From: Spirochaetia bacterium
Lineage (GTDB): Bacteria; Spirochaetota; Spirochaetia; SZUA-6; Bin103
Length of the DNA stretch: 64,000 bases
Reading direction: 5' to 3'
Assembly: GCA_965208575.1 (NCBI GenBank)
Contig: CBDBOV010000004.1
Span: 1,024,001-1,088,000, forward strand
In this document: piece by piece, positions 39,681 through 50,559 of the stretch
How the letters are laid out: each line of letters begins with the position of its first letter
Position numbering within the stretch: position 1 is the stretch's first letter
Program-made: the position numbers and the translations under genes
The notes under the pieces: model-generated
Database searches by the model: none
The model's input: only the letters and a program-made list of their open reading frames with translations
What the model was told of the DNA's origin: nothing

Positions 39681-42187
39681 CCCATCTCCTCCGCCAGCGC
39701 GGCGACCAGCGCGACCGCCGTTGCCGCTCCAGCCGTCGAATCCGCCGTCGCGCGTGCCGGCGCGCCCGGATGCAGGTGCGCCAGAGCCTCCAGCAGCCGC
39801 TCCTTGCCGTTGTCCGGCCCGCCGCCGGCACCGTCCGCACCGCCCGCACCGTGCGCGGGCACGCCGGAGGGCAGCGCGGCCGGGGGGCCGATGCAGGACG
39901 GACAGCCGGCGGCGCACGGACACGCCGCCAGCAGGTCGCGGCAGCCGTCCAGCACCTGCGCCAGTTGCCCATGCAGCCCCGCCGCCAGCCCGGAGCCGCC
40001 CGGACAGGCGTCGTACAGGTACACCGCCGGACAGTCGAGCTCGGCATCCCGCGCGCGCGCGGCCACCGCCAGGTCGCCCGGATCGCACAGCAGGAACAGC
40101 GGCGCCACGTTGTGCAGCAGCGCCGCCATCCCCTCGACCGCGAACGAGCGCCGCGCCGCGCCGCAGCGCGCCAGGTATGCCCCGCCCGCCGTCCGACGCG
40201 GGAAGTGCAGCACGACCGAACAGGTGTACATCTCGTCGGCCGGCAGGTCGATGTCACCGGTCCCGATCTTCTCGTGGGTGCCGTAGCGCAGCTTCCGGAA
40301 CCCCGTCGTCCGCCGCACCACCCGGACATCTGCCAGCAGCAGCGCCAGCCCGGCGCGCACCTCGTCGCTGTCGCGCCGCACGATGGTCAACTCCGACTGC
40401 ACGATCGCCTCGGTAAAGTAGCCGGCGTCGGTCTGCTCCACGCTGCAGTGGTGCCGGTCCGGGTCGAGACCGGTGACGATGTAGGATGCGCCGTGATGGA
40501 GATAGATGGCGCCGGGGAACAGCAGCGTCTTGGCGGACGGCAGGTCCATCTCGCCCAGCACCTGCCGCCGGCCGCCCGTGTGGTCGGTGATGGCCACTCT
40601 GTCGGACGTAGCGGTGCGCAGCGACACCCGCTCGGCGGGATAGGAGCTGTCGGTCCAATACCAGCGCCCCGCGGCGGCGCGCACCTCACCGCGTTCGCCA
40701 AGGTGGCGCAGCAGATCGCCGGCGGCGCCCCCGAACGGCGCCCGGCCTTCGTCGCCCACCGCCGCAACGCGGTGGGTACGGGTCGGCGCACCGGGGTCGC
40801 GCAACTCGGCGTCGGCGAACGGCAGCTCGAACGCCGAGCAGCGCACGTGACCGAGCAGCACGTGGATGTTGTCCGGGTCCACCCAACCGCGCTCCGGTGA
40901 GCCGGTGAAGAAGTACTCCGGATGGCGGATGATGAACTGGTCTATCGGCGACGCGGAGGCGATCAGGATCGACAGGGCGGCCGCGTTGCGCCGCCCGGCA
41001 CGGCCCGCCTGCTGCCAGGTGGCGGCGATGGTGCCGGGGAACCCCGCCAGCACCGAGGCGTCCAGGCTGCCGATGTCGATGCCCAGCTCCAGGGCGGTGG
41101 TGGCCACCACGCCGTCGAGCGTGCCGTCGCGCAGCCCGCGCTCGATCGTGCGCCGCTCGCTCGGCAGGTAGCCGCCGCGGTACGATGCCAGCCGCCCGCC
41201 GCCGCGCTCGCTCGATCCGCGGTCATCACGTTCGTCGGCGCCGGTGCGGGCCAGCGCGTCGCGAATGTAGGCGGTGAGCAACTCGGTGCGCGCCCGCGAG
41301 CGAGCGAACACGATGGTCTTGATGCCGCGGCGCAGCAGCCGGGCCGCCACCGAGCGCGCCTCCAGCACCACGCTGCGCCGGATTCCCTGCTCGCGGTCCA
41401 CCAGCGGCGGGTTGTACAACACGAAGTGGCGCTCTCCGCTCGCCGCGCCGCTGTCCGCGATCAGCTCCACCGGCTGCCCGACGATGCGTTCCGCCAGGTG
41501 CCGCGGATTGCCGATGGTCGCCGAACAGCACAGGAACCGGGGCCGCACGCCATAGAACTCGGTCAGCCGGCGCAGGCGGCGCAGCACGTTGGTGAAGTGG
41601 GACCCGAAAATGCCGCGATAGGTATGCAGCTCATCGATCACCACGAAGCGCAGCCCGCGAAAGAAGCGCTCCCATTGCGGGTGGTGCGGCAGCACCGCCG
41701 CGTGCAACATGTCGGGGTTGGAGATGACCAGCCGCGCGCGGCCGCGGATCGCGCGGCGGGCGGAGCTGGGCGTGTCGCCGTCGTAGGTGGCCACCTGTAC
41801 GCCGAGCCCGGCTTCACGGACCAGTCCGTCCAGTTCGTGGCGCTGATCCTGCGCCAGCGCCTTGGTCGGGAACAGGTACAGGGCACACGCGTCCGCGTCT
41901 TCGATACAGTGCTGCAGGATCGGCAGGTTGTAGGCCAGCGTCTTGCCCGAGGCGGTAGGCGTGACCAGCACCGCGTTGCGGCCAGCCCGCGCCAGCTCGA
42001 AGCAGCGCTCCTGGTGGGTATACCACGCGCCGATGCCGCGCCGCCGCAGCGCCGCGCGCAGACGTGCGTCGACCACCGGCGCAAACGGCCTGGTGCGGGC
42101 GTCCCGCCCCGGCACCACCTGCCAATCGCACACCCCGCTCATGAACGCCGGGTCGCCGCGCAGGTCGGCCACCACCTCGTCCAGCAA
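39677..42187 (-). CDS. YprA/MrfA-like DEAH-box helicase with DUF1998 zinc domain
   Basis: TPTASGKT, PTKALAQDQ, NPDMLH, IDELH, SATIGNP, LELGIDIG, QQAGRAGR, CPCAAGCPSC; TTG start after GGGGAGAG. Confidence 0.9.
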   Translation of the reverse strand: MLDEVVADLRGDPAFMSGVCDWQVVPGRDARTRPFAPVVDARLRAALRRRGIGAWYTHQERCFELARAGRNAVLVTPTASGKTLAYNLPILQHCIEDADACALYLFPTKALAQDQRHELDGLVREAGLGVQVATYDGDTPSSARRAIRGRARLVISNPDMLHAAVLPHHPQWERFFRGLRFVVIDELHTYRGIFGSHFTNVLRRLRRLTEFYGVRPRFLCCSATIGNPRHLAERIVGQPVELIADSGAASGERHFVLYNPPLVDREQGIRRSVVLEARSVAARLLRRGIKTIVFARSRARTELLTAYIRDALARTGADERDDRGSSERGGGRLASYRGGYLPSERRTIERGLRDGTLDGVVATTALELGIDIGSLDASVLAGFPGTIAATWQQAGRAGRRNAAALSILIASASPIDQFIIRHPEYFFTGSPERGWVDPDNIHVLLGHVRCSAFELPFADAELRDPGAPTRTHRVAAVGDEGRAPFGGAAGDLLRHLGERGEVRAAAGRWYWTDSSYPAERVSLRTATSDRVAITDHTGGRRQVLGEMDLPSAKTLLFPGAIYLHHGASYIVTGLDPDRHHCSVEQTDAGYFTEAIVQSELTIVRRDSDEVRAGLALLLADVRVVRRTTGFRKLRYGTHEKIGTGDIDLPADEMYTCSVVLHFPRRTAGGAYLARCGAARRSFAVEGMAALLHNVAPLFLLCDPGDLAVAARARDAELDCPAVYLYDACPGGSGLAAGLHGQLAQVLDGCRDLLAACPCAAGCPSCIGPPAALPSGVPAHGAGGADGAGGGPDNGKERLLEALAHLHPGAPARATADSTAGAATAVALVAALAEEMG

Positions 42188-42242
42188 CTCTCCCCTCCCC
42201 GCGCGAAGCCTACCCCGCCTCGATCCAGAAAGACAACGCAAC

Positions 42243-44174
42243 CTACCTGACTTGCCTCTGCTGCACCTTCCTCTCGGCGTCTCTTGGTCCCCGGCAGTCT
42301 CTGGACGCTCCCATTTCATGAAGGAACTGAGACGGTCTTTTGCTATAGCCGAAATAACACTGTGACCGAGTCATGGTTAGAGTCTCCTGTGCACGGGTTA
42401 TTGCTACAAAGCAGCTTCGTCGCTCTTCCTCCATTTGTCGGCTCTGTGGTCCCTCGCGAAGGGCTTGGAAGGAAGGAAACACCTCCTGAGCCATACCTAC
42501 CAAATAGACGTGCTTGAATTCCAGTCCCTTAGCACCATGCACCGTCATACAACGTAGCGAGTCGCCTGCGGGACGGGTGGCCTTCGACGCAAGATCAAAT
42601 TGCATCAGGTAGGAATGCAACGTAACGGTGCGGCCATACTCAACGGTGATTTCCTTGTGAAGAGCGTTCCAGGTAGCGATTTCATCCTCCATCAAGTCAA
42701 GATCGTCATCGCCAATCCACGAACGCCACCCCTCGTCGATGAACCAGTCAACTACGTCAGGAAAAGCAAGGGAGTCCACAAGATGCGTCTTGATCCGTTC
42801 CAGCGTCCCCGCTGATCGTCCGACGGCCGCATTGGTAGCCGCTTCAGTCCATGCTCTAAGGTAGTCACCGCCCACCAGCGCAGCGGCGGCCGCTATTGAC
42901 TCAGGCTCGTGCGTTATGCCCGACAGGTCCCGCCATGCTATGCAGAGCCTTCTAAGTATAGCACGGTCATGGCGAGCATTCGCCAATCGCAGCGCTTCGA
43001 CTAACACTCGCACAGAAGACGATTCAAAATCGTTTTTTCGTCGTGCTACATGTGCTTTCTGCCCAATATGTTGTAACACGACAGCGACTTCGTTGACTAA
43101 TCGCGACATGCGCCCAAGAACTACGCAATCTTCCGCTATAAGGTTGCGGTTGGATAGATCATGGGCAATGAATTCTGCTTCCAATTTCGGCGATCTAAAC
43201 GTGCGACACCGTACTACTCCATGAGACACACTCGTTGTAGCAAGTGAAGAAATGGGGAGCTTATCAGTGACTCTACGTAAATTGTGGGAGATCAGCAGAT
43301 TCGCGTAAGCAACGACCGGTGCTGGACAACGGTAACACTCAGGAAGTTGCACGATCGCCATCCTATAGTCGCGGCGCAATGCATCCAGTCGTTGCGGGCT
43401 AGCCCCATTCCACTGGTATATGATCTGGTCGTCATCCGCCACGACGAACAGATCGCAACCGTCTACTGGTACGATAAGACGCAACAAGTCGTATTGTGCC
43501 CGATTGGTGTCTTGGAACTCATCCACACAGACACTGGTCCAACCCAGACGCAGAACCCGCCCTACGCCGGGTGTCTCTTCAATGAGACGGCGTGCAAAAT
43601 GTATGAGACTCCCAAAATCCAAACGATTTCCGTCCACCAGGGCCTTACAGTAGCCCTCGTATAGCAGTGGCACCCATGGCGGAGTGATCGCCAGCGAGGG
43701 GACGACGCCGCCGCCGTCATAAGACTCGGCAAATAGACGGTCGACAAACGATAGCAGATTCTTACGATCCATGGGCACCGAATTACCGTGTTCTTCGAGC
43801 TGCGCAATGACCATTTCGAGAATCGCGATACGGTCTTCATCCTGAGTGAGCAGGCTAAAGTCTGGCTGAAGCCCCAAATGGCTGCCGTGCTGTCGGAGAA
43901 CTTCTGCAGCGAATGAATGGAACGTGCACAGGTGCACGCGCTCTCCGCTTTCGCCTAACATTCGGCCAACACGCTCCCGCATTGCGGCGGCCGCAACATT
44001 GGTGAACGTTAGTGCTAACACGGACGCGTGCTCGTTCTTTTCGATAGTGCGGACCACGCGAAGCGTTAGGACCTCGGTCTTTCCAGAACCCGGCCCCGCG
44101 AGCACGAGCAGGGGCCCGTCATGCCACTCCAATGCCCGGCGTTGGTTCATATTGAGCGACTCGTAGCCGATCAT
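42243..44174 (-). CDS. UvrD/PcrA-like helicase (GajB-like)
   Basis: LAGPGSGKT, LTFTN, TFHSF, VDEFQD, ADDDQIIYQWNGA, YRCP, TVHGAKGLEF, EERRSCFVAITRA; visibly lower GC. Confidence 0.88.
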   Translation of the reverse strand: MIGYESLNMNQRRALEWHDGPLLVLAGPGSGKTEVLTLRVVRTIEKNEHASVLALTFTNVAAAAMRERVGRMLGESGERVHLCTFHSFAAEVLRQHGSHLGLQPDFSLLTQDEDRIAILEMVIAQLEEHGNSVPMDRKNLLSFVDRLFAESYDGGGVVPSLAITPPWVPLLYEGYCKALVDGNRLDFGSLIHFARRLIEETPGVGRVLRLGWTSVCVDEFQDTNRAQYDLLRLIVPVDGCDLFVVADDDQIIYQWNGASPQRLDALRRDYRMAIVQLPECYRCPAPVVAYANLLISHNLRRVTDKLPISSLATTSVSHGVVRCRTFRSPKLEAEFIAHDLSNRNLIAEDCVVLGRMSRLVNEVAVVLQHIGQKAHVARRKNDFESSSVRVLVEALRLANARHDRAILRRLCIAWRDLSGITHEPESIAAAAALVGGDYLRAWTEAATNAAVGRSAGTLERIKTHLVDSLAFPDVVDWFIDEGWRSWIGDDDLDLMEDEIATWNALHKEITVEYGRTVTLHSYLMQFDLASKATRPAGDSLRCMTVHGAKGLEFKHVYLVGMAQEVFPSFQALREGPQSRQMEEERRSCFVAITRAQETLTMTRSQCYFGYSKRPSQFLHEMGASRDCRGPRDAERKVQQRQVR

Positions 44175-45859
44175 CTGCGTTCACCCCGTGCCAACTCAAC
44201 GACTATCGTTAGCACTCGCCGAATCTCTTCCGTTACACCAGGCCTGCCGCGTCGCTCCATCTCTATGGCTACTTCAGCCGCTGCCCTAGTCTTAGCACGG
44301 CTCGGAAGATGCCGAGCGTATTCACCCCAAAACCCTGGATCATCGGACGATTTCACAATCCTAGCTAGGTTCTGCTGCGGCATGTGTCCTTGATATACGC
44401 CATCGTAGCCGTTCGCCAACAGGTGAGTTTCGATGTCCGGGTAGGGGAACGCAACCCGATCCTCGGCTCTTGCCCGACCCAGATTCGCCATCACCCTCGG
44501 CTCCGTGTTGCTCCGTTCGTCATCGTCATCGCCGACACAGTACCAAGCAATTCCCAACGCACTTGCTACCTTGGCCATTAAGCCTACGTCCGCTTGCCGA
44601 TACTCGACCAGACGAACGCCCTCGCGATGTACATTCAATCCCAACGCGCGGGCGGCCGCGGCGAACACCCACGTCTCAGTTTCCCCTTCCACGAGAAGCC
44701 AGCAACGCGCAAATAGCAACTCCCCCCTCGCATGACGGACGTGATAGTTGAACTTCCTCTTCTCTTCGGAGGACAGTAGGTCGTTTGGCACGCGAAACGA
44801 TCTAAGACCGTGAGCAGTACGGGCCAATCGCCGAATGTCCCCAACATCGACCTCCGCGATGAAGTCGCCACTGTGCGTAGAGACCAGTTTCTGTCCACCC
44901 AGGTCTCCAACGAGTTGCCACAGGGCACGGATCGCGGATGGGTGTAGATGGGCCTCTGGTTCCTCTAACGCAACGATGGGAGCGCCCTCCGGCCATGCCT
45001 TCAGGAATGCTGCGAACAACATCAACACGGAGAGACTCTGTGTACCTTCGCCGTGTCTCCCCACTGGAATCTTCGCGCCTGACGTAGTCCCAAGGTGTAA
45101 CTGCGCCTTGGCAAGCATGTCGAACATACGGCCAGGGACCGCTTCGATGGAAACTACTTCCTCAGAGGCCAACGGAACAACGTCTTGTACATGACTGAGC
45201 CCCTCTTGAACCTGCTCGAAGCTCTCATGTGAACTCACGATGAGTTCATTTACTTCGCGAAGCTTGCTCTCGATCTCCGCTTTCTTGCTGGAGGAGAGCT
45301 GAGAGTCTCTGAGAAACGGCCGCCAGAATGGGCCTCTTGCATCAAAATGATGTGCAGCGTCACGAAGCGCGGTCAAGTAGAAGTAGGAAACCTCCTGTTG
45401 TAGGCTCGTGAGCGCACGTGCATCTGCGGCCATTGGCTCTCCGGCCAAGTTCAGAAACGTCCAATTCTGCACAAATTCTCGTTCATCTGATGCATAGGAA
45501 CACATGACACGCAACTTCACTTGGTTGCGACCACCTTCGATCTGGAGGATCCGATTGCGGTTCAGGCGACCAAGCAACTCGTCGTTCCACTCGCCGTTCG
45601 TTTTTTCCGAAAACAGGATTTCGATCTTGATAGGGTCTGCAGATGACGGGTCTGTTCCTGCGTCCGGCAGATGGAAGTCCAAAGCGTCAAACACCACCCG
45701 GCGACGGGGACCAAGATCGCGAAGGCACAGCCGCAGGGCGTCCAGCACTGATGTCTTGCCGGTATTGTTCTCCCCGATCAAAACCGTTACTTGGCCCAGA
45801 TCGAGGTGTAGCTCGCTGATTCCCCTGAAGTTCCAGATATCTATGGATGTAACTCTCAT
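44171..45859 (-). CDS. OLD-family ATP-dependent endonuclease (ABC ATPase + TOPRIM; GajA-like)
   Basis: NFRGI, GENNTGKTS, GEGTQS, ALEEPEAHLHP, STHS, LLVEGETE, GDDD; ATGA-coupled to the UvrD gene. Confidence 0.9.
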   Translation of the reverse strand: MRVTSIDIWNFRGISELHLDLGQVTVLIGENNTGKTSVLDALRLCLRDLGPRRRVVFDALDFHLPDAGTDPSSADPIKIEILFSEKTNGEWNDELLGRLNRNRILQIEGGRNQVKLRVMCSYASDEREFVQNWTFLNLAGEPMAADARALTSLQQEVSYFYLTALRDAAHHFDARGPFWRPFLRDSQLSSSKKAEIESKLREVNELIVSSHESFEQVQEGLSHVQDVVPLASEEVVSIEAVPGRMFDMLAKAQLHLGTTSGAKIPVGRHGEGTQSLSVLMLFAAFLKAWPEGAPIVALEEPEAHLHPSAIRALWQLVGDLGGQKLVSTHSGDFIAEVDVGDIRRLARTAHGLRSFRVPNDLLSSEEKRKFNYHVRHARGELLFARCWLLVEGETETWVFAAAARALGLNVHREGVRLVEYRQADVGLMAKVASALGIAWYCVGDDDDERSNTEPRVMANLGRARAEDRVAFPYPDIETHLLANGYDGVYQGHMPQQNLARIVKSSDDPGFWGEYARHLPSRAKTRAAAEVAIEMERRGRPGVTEEIRRVLTIVVELARGERR

Positions 45860-46095
45860 GCACCACTCCGGGAATGCTTCGTGTCAAGCATGCCGGGAGG
45901 CGTGAAGCTGTCAGTCTGCCTCATCGTTCTTCAATGCCCCAACTCCGCCCGACGTCGACCAACGCGGTGTGTGCAGATGACCCGCGGCTGGCCTGAGTCA
46001 GTCGTCTCGAATGTATACGAACCGCAAGACTGCATCCAACCCCGGCAGTCGCTGCGGACAGGTGCCGACCCGAACGAGTCGTTGCGGGGTGGTGG

Positions 46096-46728
46096 TCACC
46101 GCGGGGGGAGGTGGCCGTTGCCTTCTATGCGGCGTGCGCGGCGGCGGCTCTCCCTGCGCTCCCGCAGGCGCGTCTCGAACGCCTTGCGCAACGCGCGCAG
46201 GCGGGCGTCCGGGTCGGTGAGTTCCAGGAACTGCTGCTTGCGAACCAGCGACAGATCGCTGAAGTAGGCCAGGTAGAAGGACGCCACCGTCGCCGAACAC
46301 TCCTCCAGGTCCGCTTCCGGAAGGTTGCCCGGCGTCGATTCGTAGATCTCGCGGTACAGATCCATGCAGCGCGTCACCAACTTCCCGCCGGTGCCGGCGG
46401 CTTCGTCGCCGAAGTAGCTCACCTGCGCCTGCAGATACGCCTCGTCGGTGACCAGCCGGGCAATGCGGAAGCGGCGCATGCCGACCGTCAGGATGTCCAT
46501 GCGGCCGTCGTCGTAGCGCCGGATTACCTTGACGATCTTGGCCGTGCACCCCACGCGCGCCACGCCCTCCTTGCCGGCGCATACCATGCCGAACACGCCC
46601 TCGCCGGCGAGCGCCGCGGCCACCATCTCCTTGTAGCGCTCCTCGAAGATGTGCAACGGCAGCGGCGCACGCGGATACAACACCACGTTGAGCGGGAACA
46701 GCGGCAGTGTCGCGTCAGGCTCCGGCAT
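46096..46728 (-). CDS. LON peptidase N-terminal (substrate-binding) domain protein
   Basis: LPLFPLNVVLYP..LPLHIFEERY, VGCTA, DGRMDI..G..RFRI. Confidence 0.88.
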   Translation of the reverse strand: MPEPDATLPLFPLNVVLYPRAPLPLHIFEERYKEMVAAALAGEGVFGMVCAGKEGVARVGCTAKIVKVIRRYDDGRMDILTVGMRRFRIARLVTDEAYLQAQVSYFGDEAAGTGGKLVTRCMDLYREIYESTPGNLPEADLEECSATVASFYLAYFSDLSLVRKQQFLELTDPDARLRALRKAFETRLRERRESRRRARRIEGNGHLPPR

Positions 46729-46851
46729 CGCCCCTCACCCGCTTAGCATAGCACGCCCGCCGCACGCGTGCCCCGCGTGCCTGGCGACGGCGGCGAGCAC
46801 CTGGCGCAACGCCGCCGGAGGGCGAGCGGCACCAGCTTCGGCATCGCCGTG

Positions 46852-49800
46852 CTACACCAGGGCGCCGAGCTTTTCGCTCAGGAATTCACTCTTCTCCCGC
46901 AGGCCGATGCCGCCGGTGTCGATCAGCAGGCAGTTGGGGCGCGCCGCATCGAGGCGCACGCTGCCGCCGCTGTCCGCGATCAGGCGCGTCACCTTCTCCA
47001 CCGACACCTGCTGCAGCCGGGCAAACTCCACCCGCACCACGCCGCGCTGCTCGCGCAGGGAGGCCACCGCCAGGCGCCGGCAGGCGATGCGGATCTCGGC
47101 GATCGACAACAGGCTCAGCACCACGTCTGGCAGCGGCCCGAAGCGGTCTATCAGCTCGCCGTGCACCCGCTCCAACTCGGCCGCCGCCGTCACGGCAGAG
47201 ATTTTCTTGTACACCTCCATCTTCACCACCGGCTCGGAGATGTAGTCGTCCGGGATATAGCCGGAGTACTCCAGTTCCAGGTAGACGTCGGGAACGTCCA
47301 GGTCCGCGCGGCGCCCGTTGCCCCCCATCGCGGCAATCGCCTGGTCGAGCAGGCGCACGTACATGTCGTAGCCCACCGCCAGGATGTCGCCCGACTGCTC
47401 GCCGCCGAGCAGGTTGCCGGCGCCGCGCACCTCCAGGTCCTTCATCGCCACCTTGAAGCCGGCGCCCAGTTCGGTGAAGTCGGAGATGATGCGCAGCCGC
47501 TTCATGGCCAGCTCGGTCAGCGCATGGTCCCTGGGATAGAACAGGTACGCGTATGCCGGCTTGCCGGAGCGCCCGACCCGCCCGCGCAACTGGTAGAGCT
47601 GCGCGATGCCGAACATGTCGGCGCGATCGATGACGATGGTGTTGACGTTGGGAATGTCGAGCCCGTTCTCGATGATCGTGGTCGTCACCAGCACTTCGAA
47701 TTCGCCGCCGACGAAGCGGTGCATCACCTCCTCCAGGTCCGCCTCGCCCATCTGGCCGTGCGCGAACTCGATGCTCGCCTCCGGCAGCAGGCGCACCAGG
47801 AAGCTCATGATCTCGCGGATCGAGCGCACCCGGTTGTGCAGGTAGAACACCTGCCCGCCGCGTGCCAACTCCTTGCGTATGGCGTCCGCGACCAACTCCT
47901 CGTCGAACTCCTGGATGAAGGTCTCGATCGGCAGCCGATTCTGCGGCGGCGTGGTGATGAGCGACATGTCGCGAATCTTGGTGAGCGACATGTGCAGGGT
48001 GCGCGGAATGGGCGTCGCGGTCAGCGTCAGGCAGTCGATGTTGGCCTTCAGCTCCTTGAGGCGCTCCTTGTGCTTGACGCCGAAACGCTGCTCCTCGTCG
48101 ATCACCAGCAGGCCGAGGTTCTTGAACTGCACGTCCTTCTGGATCAGCCGGTGGGTGCCGACCACCACGTCGACGCCGCCCGCCCCGACCGCCGCAACCA
48201 CCGTGCGCTGCTCCTGCCGGCTGCGAAACCGCGACAGCATCTCGATCTTGACCGGGAACGCCTGGAACCGCTCCAGGAAGGTCTCGAAGTGCTGCTCGGC
48301 CAGGATGGTGGTCGGCGTCAGCACCGCCACCTGCTTGCCGCCCATCACCGCCTTGAACGCCGCGCGCAATGCCACCTCGGTCTTGCCGAACCCGACGTCG
48401 CCGCAAACCAGCCGGTCCATCGGGCTCGGCGCCTCCATGTCCGCCTTCACCTCTTCGATGCAGGTGATCTGATCGTCCGTCTCCTGGTAGGGGAAGCCGG
48501 CCTCGAACTGCGCCTGCCAGTCGGTGTCGTGGTCGAACGCCGTGCCCTGCACCCGCTTGCGGCGCGCGTAGAGCTGGATGAGCCGCTCGGCGAGTTCCTC
48601 CACCGACTTGCGCACCTTCGCCTTGCGCGACTCCCACGCCTTGCCGCCGATGCGGTCGAGCTTCGGGGCGCGGCCCTCCTTGCCCACGTAGCGCTGTACC
48701 AGGTTGACCTGCTCGATCGGCAGGTAGACGTGCTCGTCGCCGCCGAACTCCAGGTCGATGTAGTCGCGCTCGTTGCCGAGCACCTTCATCCGCTCCAGGC
48801 CGTGATACTTGCCGATGCCGTAGTTGACGTGCACCACGTAGTCGCCCTCGGACAGGTCCACGAACGAGTCGATCGCCTCGCTCTTCGCCGCCGCGGCCTC
48901 GCGCGGAATGCGCCGCTTGCGCCCGAAGATCTCGTTCTCCTGGATCACCACGATCGCGGCGTCGGGGAGGGCAAAGCCGGCGCTGATGCTCTGCGGGAAG
49001 ATGCGTACCTGGGCACTGCGCCCGAGTTCGCCGAGCAGCGCGGCGAGGCGCTGTGCCTGGTGCTCGTACACGGCGAAGATCAGCACCTCGTTGCCGCTCG
49101 CGACCAGGCGCCCCACCTCGTCGCGAAAATAGGGAATGTTGCCGAAGAACGAGCGCGGCGGATCGCACGGCAGCCGCAGCCGCGGCTCCGGCGGGGCGCC
49201 GAATTCCACCCCGGAGGCGCTCGGGGCAAGTTCGTGCACCGCGACGCGGCGCGGATGACCACCGACCAGGCGGTGGTAGTCAAGCAGGAACGACTTGGGG
49301 AGCGGCCCGAAGTGACCGCCCGCCATCGCCTGCCGGTACAGCGCCTGGTATTCCTTGCGCACCGCGTCGAACGTGGCCGCCAGGCGCTCCTCCCCGGCCA
49401 GCACGAGCAGCGCTTCGGACGGCAGGATCTCCAGCAGGCTGGCCGGCTCGGCAAAGCACAGCGGAAAGAACATCTCGGCGCCGCGCGCGTCGGGGTCGCG
49501 GCGCACCGCGTCCAGGAACAGCTCGCGCCCCTCCTCCGGCAGCGACGGCTGCGCCAGGTTGGCGGCCAGCGTGTCCAGCTCCGCGCCCGCCATGTGCACT
49601 TCGCGCGCCGGGTACACCGCGGCCTCCGGCAGCGCGGCCACCGAGCGCTGCGTGGCCGGCTCGAATTCACGCAGTTCCTCGACCGTGTCGAAGTCGAGCA
49701 CCGCGCGTACCGCGTGTTCGCGGTCGTAGGGGTAGACGTCGATCACCTCGCCCTTGACCGAGAATTCGCCGTGGATGGAGACGCGCGGCACGCGCACGTA

Positions 49801-50559
49801 GCCGAGCGTCACAAGCTGTTCCTCCACCTCGATCGGATCCAGGTAGCTGCCCACCACGACGCGGAACACCCGCTCGCGCAGGTAGTGGGCCGGCGGCACC
49901 GGGGTGAGCAGTGCGCGCAGCGAGGTGACCACGATGTCGACCTGCTCCGGTGCGGTAACCAGCTCGGCGAGCACGCCGGCGCGCTCGCCGAACACCGCCG
50001 GCAGCGGCGACGCGCTCGCATACGGCAGCAGCCCCCACCAGGGGAAGCGCCGGATCCGGTTGCGCGGGGTCGCGGCGCCCGCGGCGGGCGCCGCGACGGC
50101 GTGAGTTGGACGCCCGTTCGCGATCACCGGGTCGGCGGAAAACGCCGCCTCCGCGGCGGCCGCGCCGCGGGCATGAAGCGCAGCGCCCGGCGACCCGGTC
50201 CGCGCCGCCGGCACGGATGCGGTGCCCGGGGGACGCGCCGGCAGCCCGCCGCCGGCAACCGACTCCGCGGTCAGGCCCAGGTCGGCGGCGAGCAGGTCCG
50301 CTTCCTGCTCGGTCGGGGTCACCACCACCAGCGGCCCATCCGCCGCTTCCCGCAGCCAGTGCATCAGCAGCGCGGCGAAGCCGCCCTGCACTCCCTCGAT
50401 GGCGGCGGGCAACTCGCCGCCGGCGACCCGCCGCAGCAGCTCCCGCGGCGCCTCCGCCCCCGCCACGCTCCTGCGCACCAGCCGCGCGAGCTCGATCCCG
50501 CCCGGCGGCCGCGCCGGCCCCCGCCGCGGCGCCTTCCGGCGGCGCCTGCGCTTACTCAT
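46852..50559 (-). CDS. mfd: Transcription-repair coupling factor
   Basis: GDYVVH..GIG.Y.G, FPYQET.DQ, MDRLVCGDVGFGKTEVA, DEEQRFGV, TATPIPRTL, QLRGRVGRS, DLEVRGAGNLLG, DRFGPLP. Confidence 0.96.
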   Translation of the reverse strand: MSKRRRRRKAPRRGPARPPGGIELARLVRRSVAGAEAPRELLRRVAGGELPAAIEGVQGGFAALLMHWLREAADGPLVVVTPTEQEADLLAADLGLTAESVAGGGLPARPPGTASVPAARTGSPGAALHARGAAAAEAAFSADPVIANGRPTHAVAAPAAGAATPRNRIRRFPWWGLLPYASASPLPAVFGERAGVLAELVTAPEQVDIVVTSLRALLTPVPPAHYLRERVFRVVVGSYLDPIEVEEQLVTLGYVRVPRVSIHGEFSVKGEVIDVYPYDREHAVRAVLDFDTVEELREFEPATQRSVAALPEAAVYPAREVHMAGAELDTLAANLAQPSLPEEGRELFLDAVRRDPDARGAEMFFPLCFAEPASLLEILPSEALLVLAGEERLAATFDAVRKEYQALYRQAMAGGHFGPLPKSFLLDYHRLVGGHPRRVAVHELAPSASGVEFGAPPEPRLRLPCDPPRSFFGNIPYFRDEVGRLVASGNEVLIFAVYEHQAQRLAALLGELGRSAQVRIFPQSISAGFALPDAAIVVIQENEIFGRKRRIPREAAAAKSEAIDSFVDLSEGDYVVHVNYGIGKYHGLERMKVLGNERDYIDLEFGGDEHVYLPIEQVNLVQRYVGKEGRAPKLDRIGGKAWESRKAKVRKSVEELAERLIQLYARRKRVQGTAFDHDTDWQAQFEAGFPYQETDDQITCIEEVKADMEAPSPMDRLVCGDVGFGKTEVALRAAFKAVMGGKQVAVLTPTTILAEQHFETFLERFQAFPVKIEMLSRFRSRQEQRTVVAAVGAGGVDVVVGTHRLIQKDVQFKNLGLLVIDEEQRFGVKHKERLKELKANIDCLTLTATPIPRTLHMSLTKIRDMSLITTPPQNRLPIETFIQEFDEELVADAIRKELARGGQVFYLHNRVRSIREIMSFLVRLLPEASIEFAHGQMGEADLEEVMHRFVGGEFEVLVTTTIIENGLDIPNVNTIVIDRADMFGIAQLYQLRGRVGRSGKPAYAYLFYPRDHALTELAMKRLRIISDFTELGAGFKVAMKDLEVRGAGNLLGGEQSGDILAVGYDMYVRLLDQAIAAMGGNGRRADLDVPDVYLELEYSGYIPDDYISEPVVKMEVYKKISAVTAAAELERVHGELIDRFGPLPDVVLSLLSIAEIRIACRRLAVASLREQRGVVRVEFARLQQVSVEKVTRLIADSGGSVRLDAARPNCLLIDTGGIGLREKSEFLSEKLGALV

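Noticed and set aside
38484-42187. YprA helicase as a DISARM/Druantia-type defence component
   Set aside because: It is paired with a YprB exonuclease, has host-like GC and lacks methylase or Drm partners, which matches the MrfAB repair arrangement.
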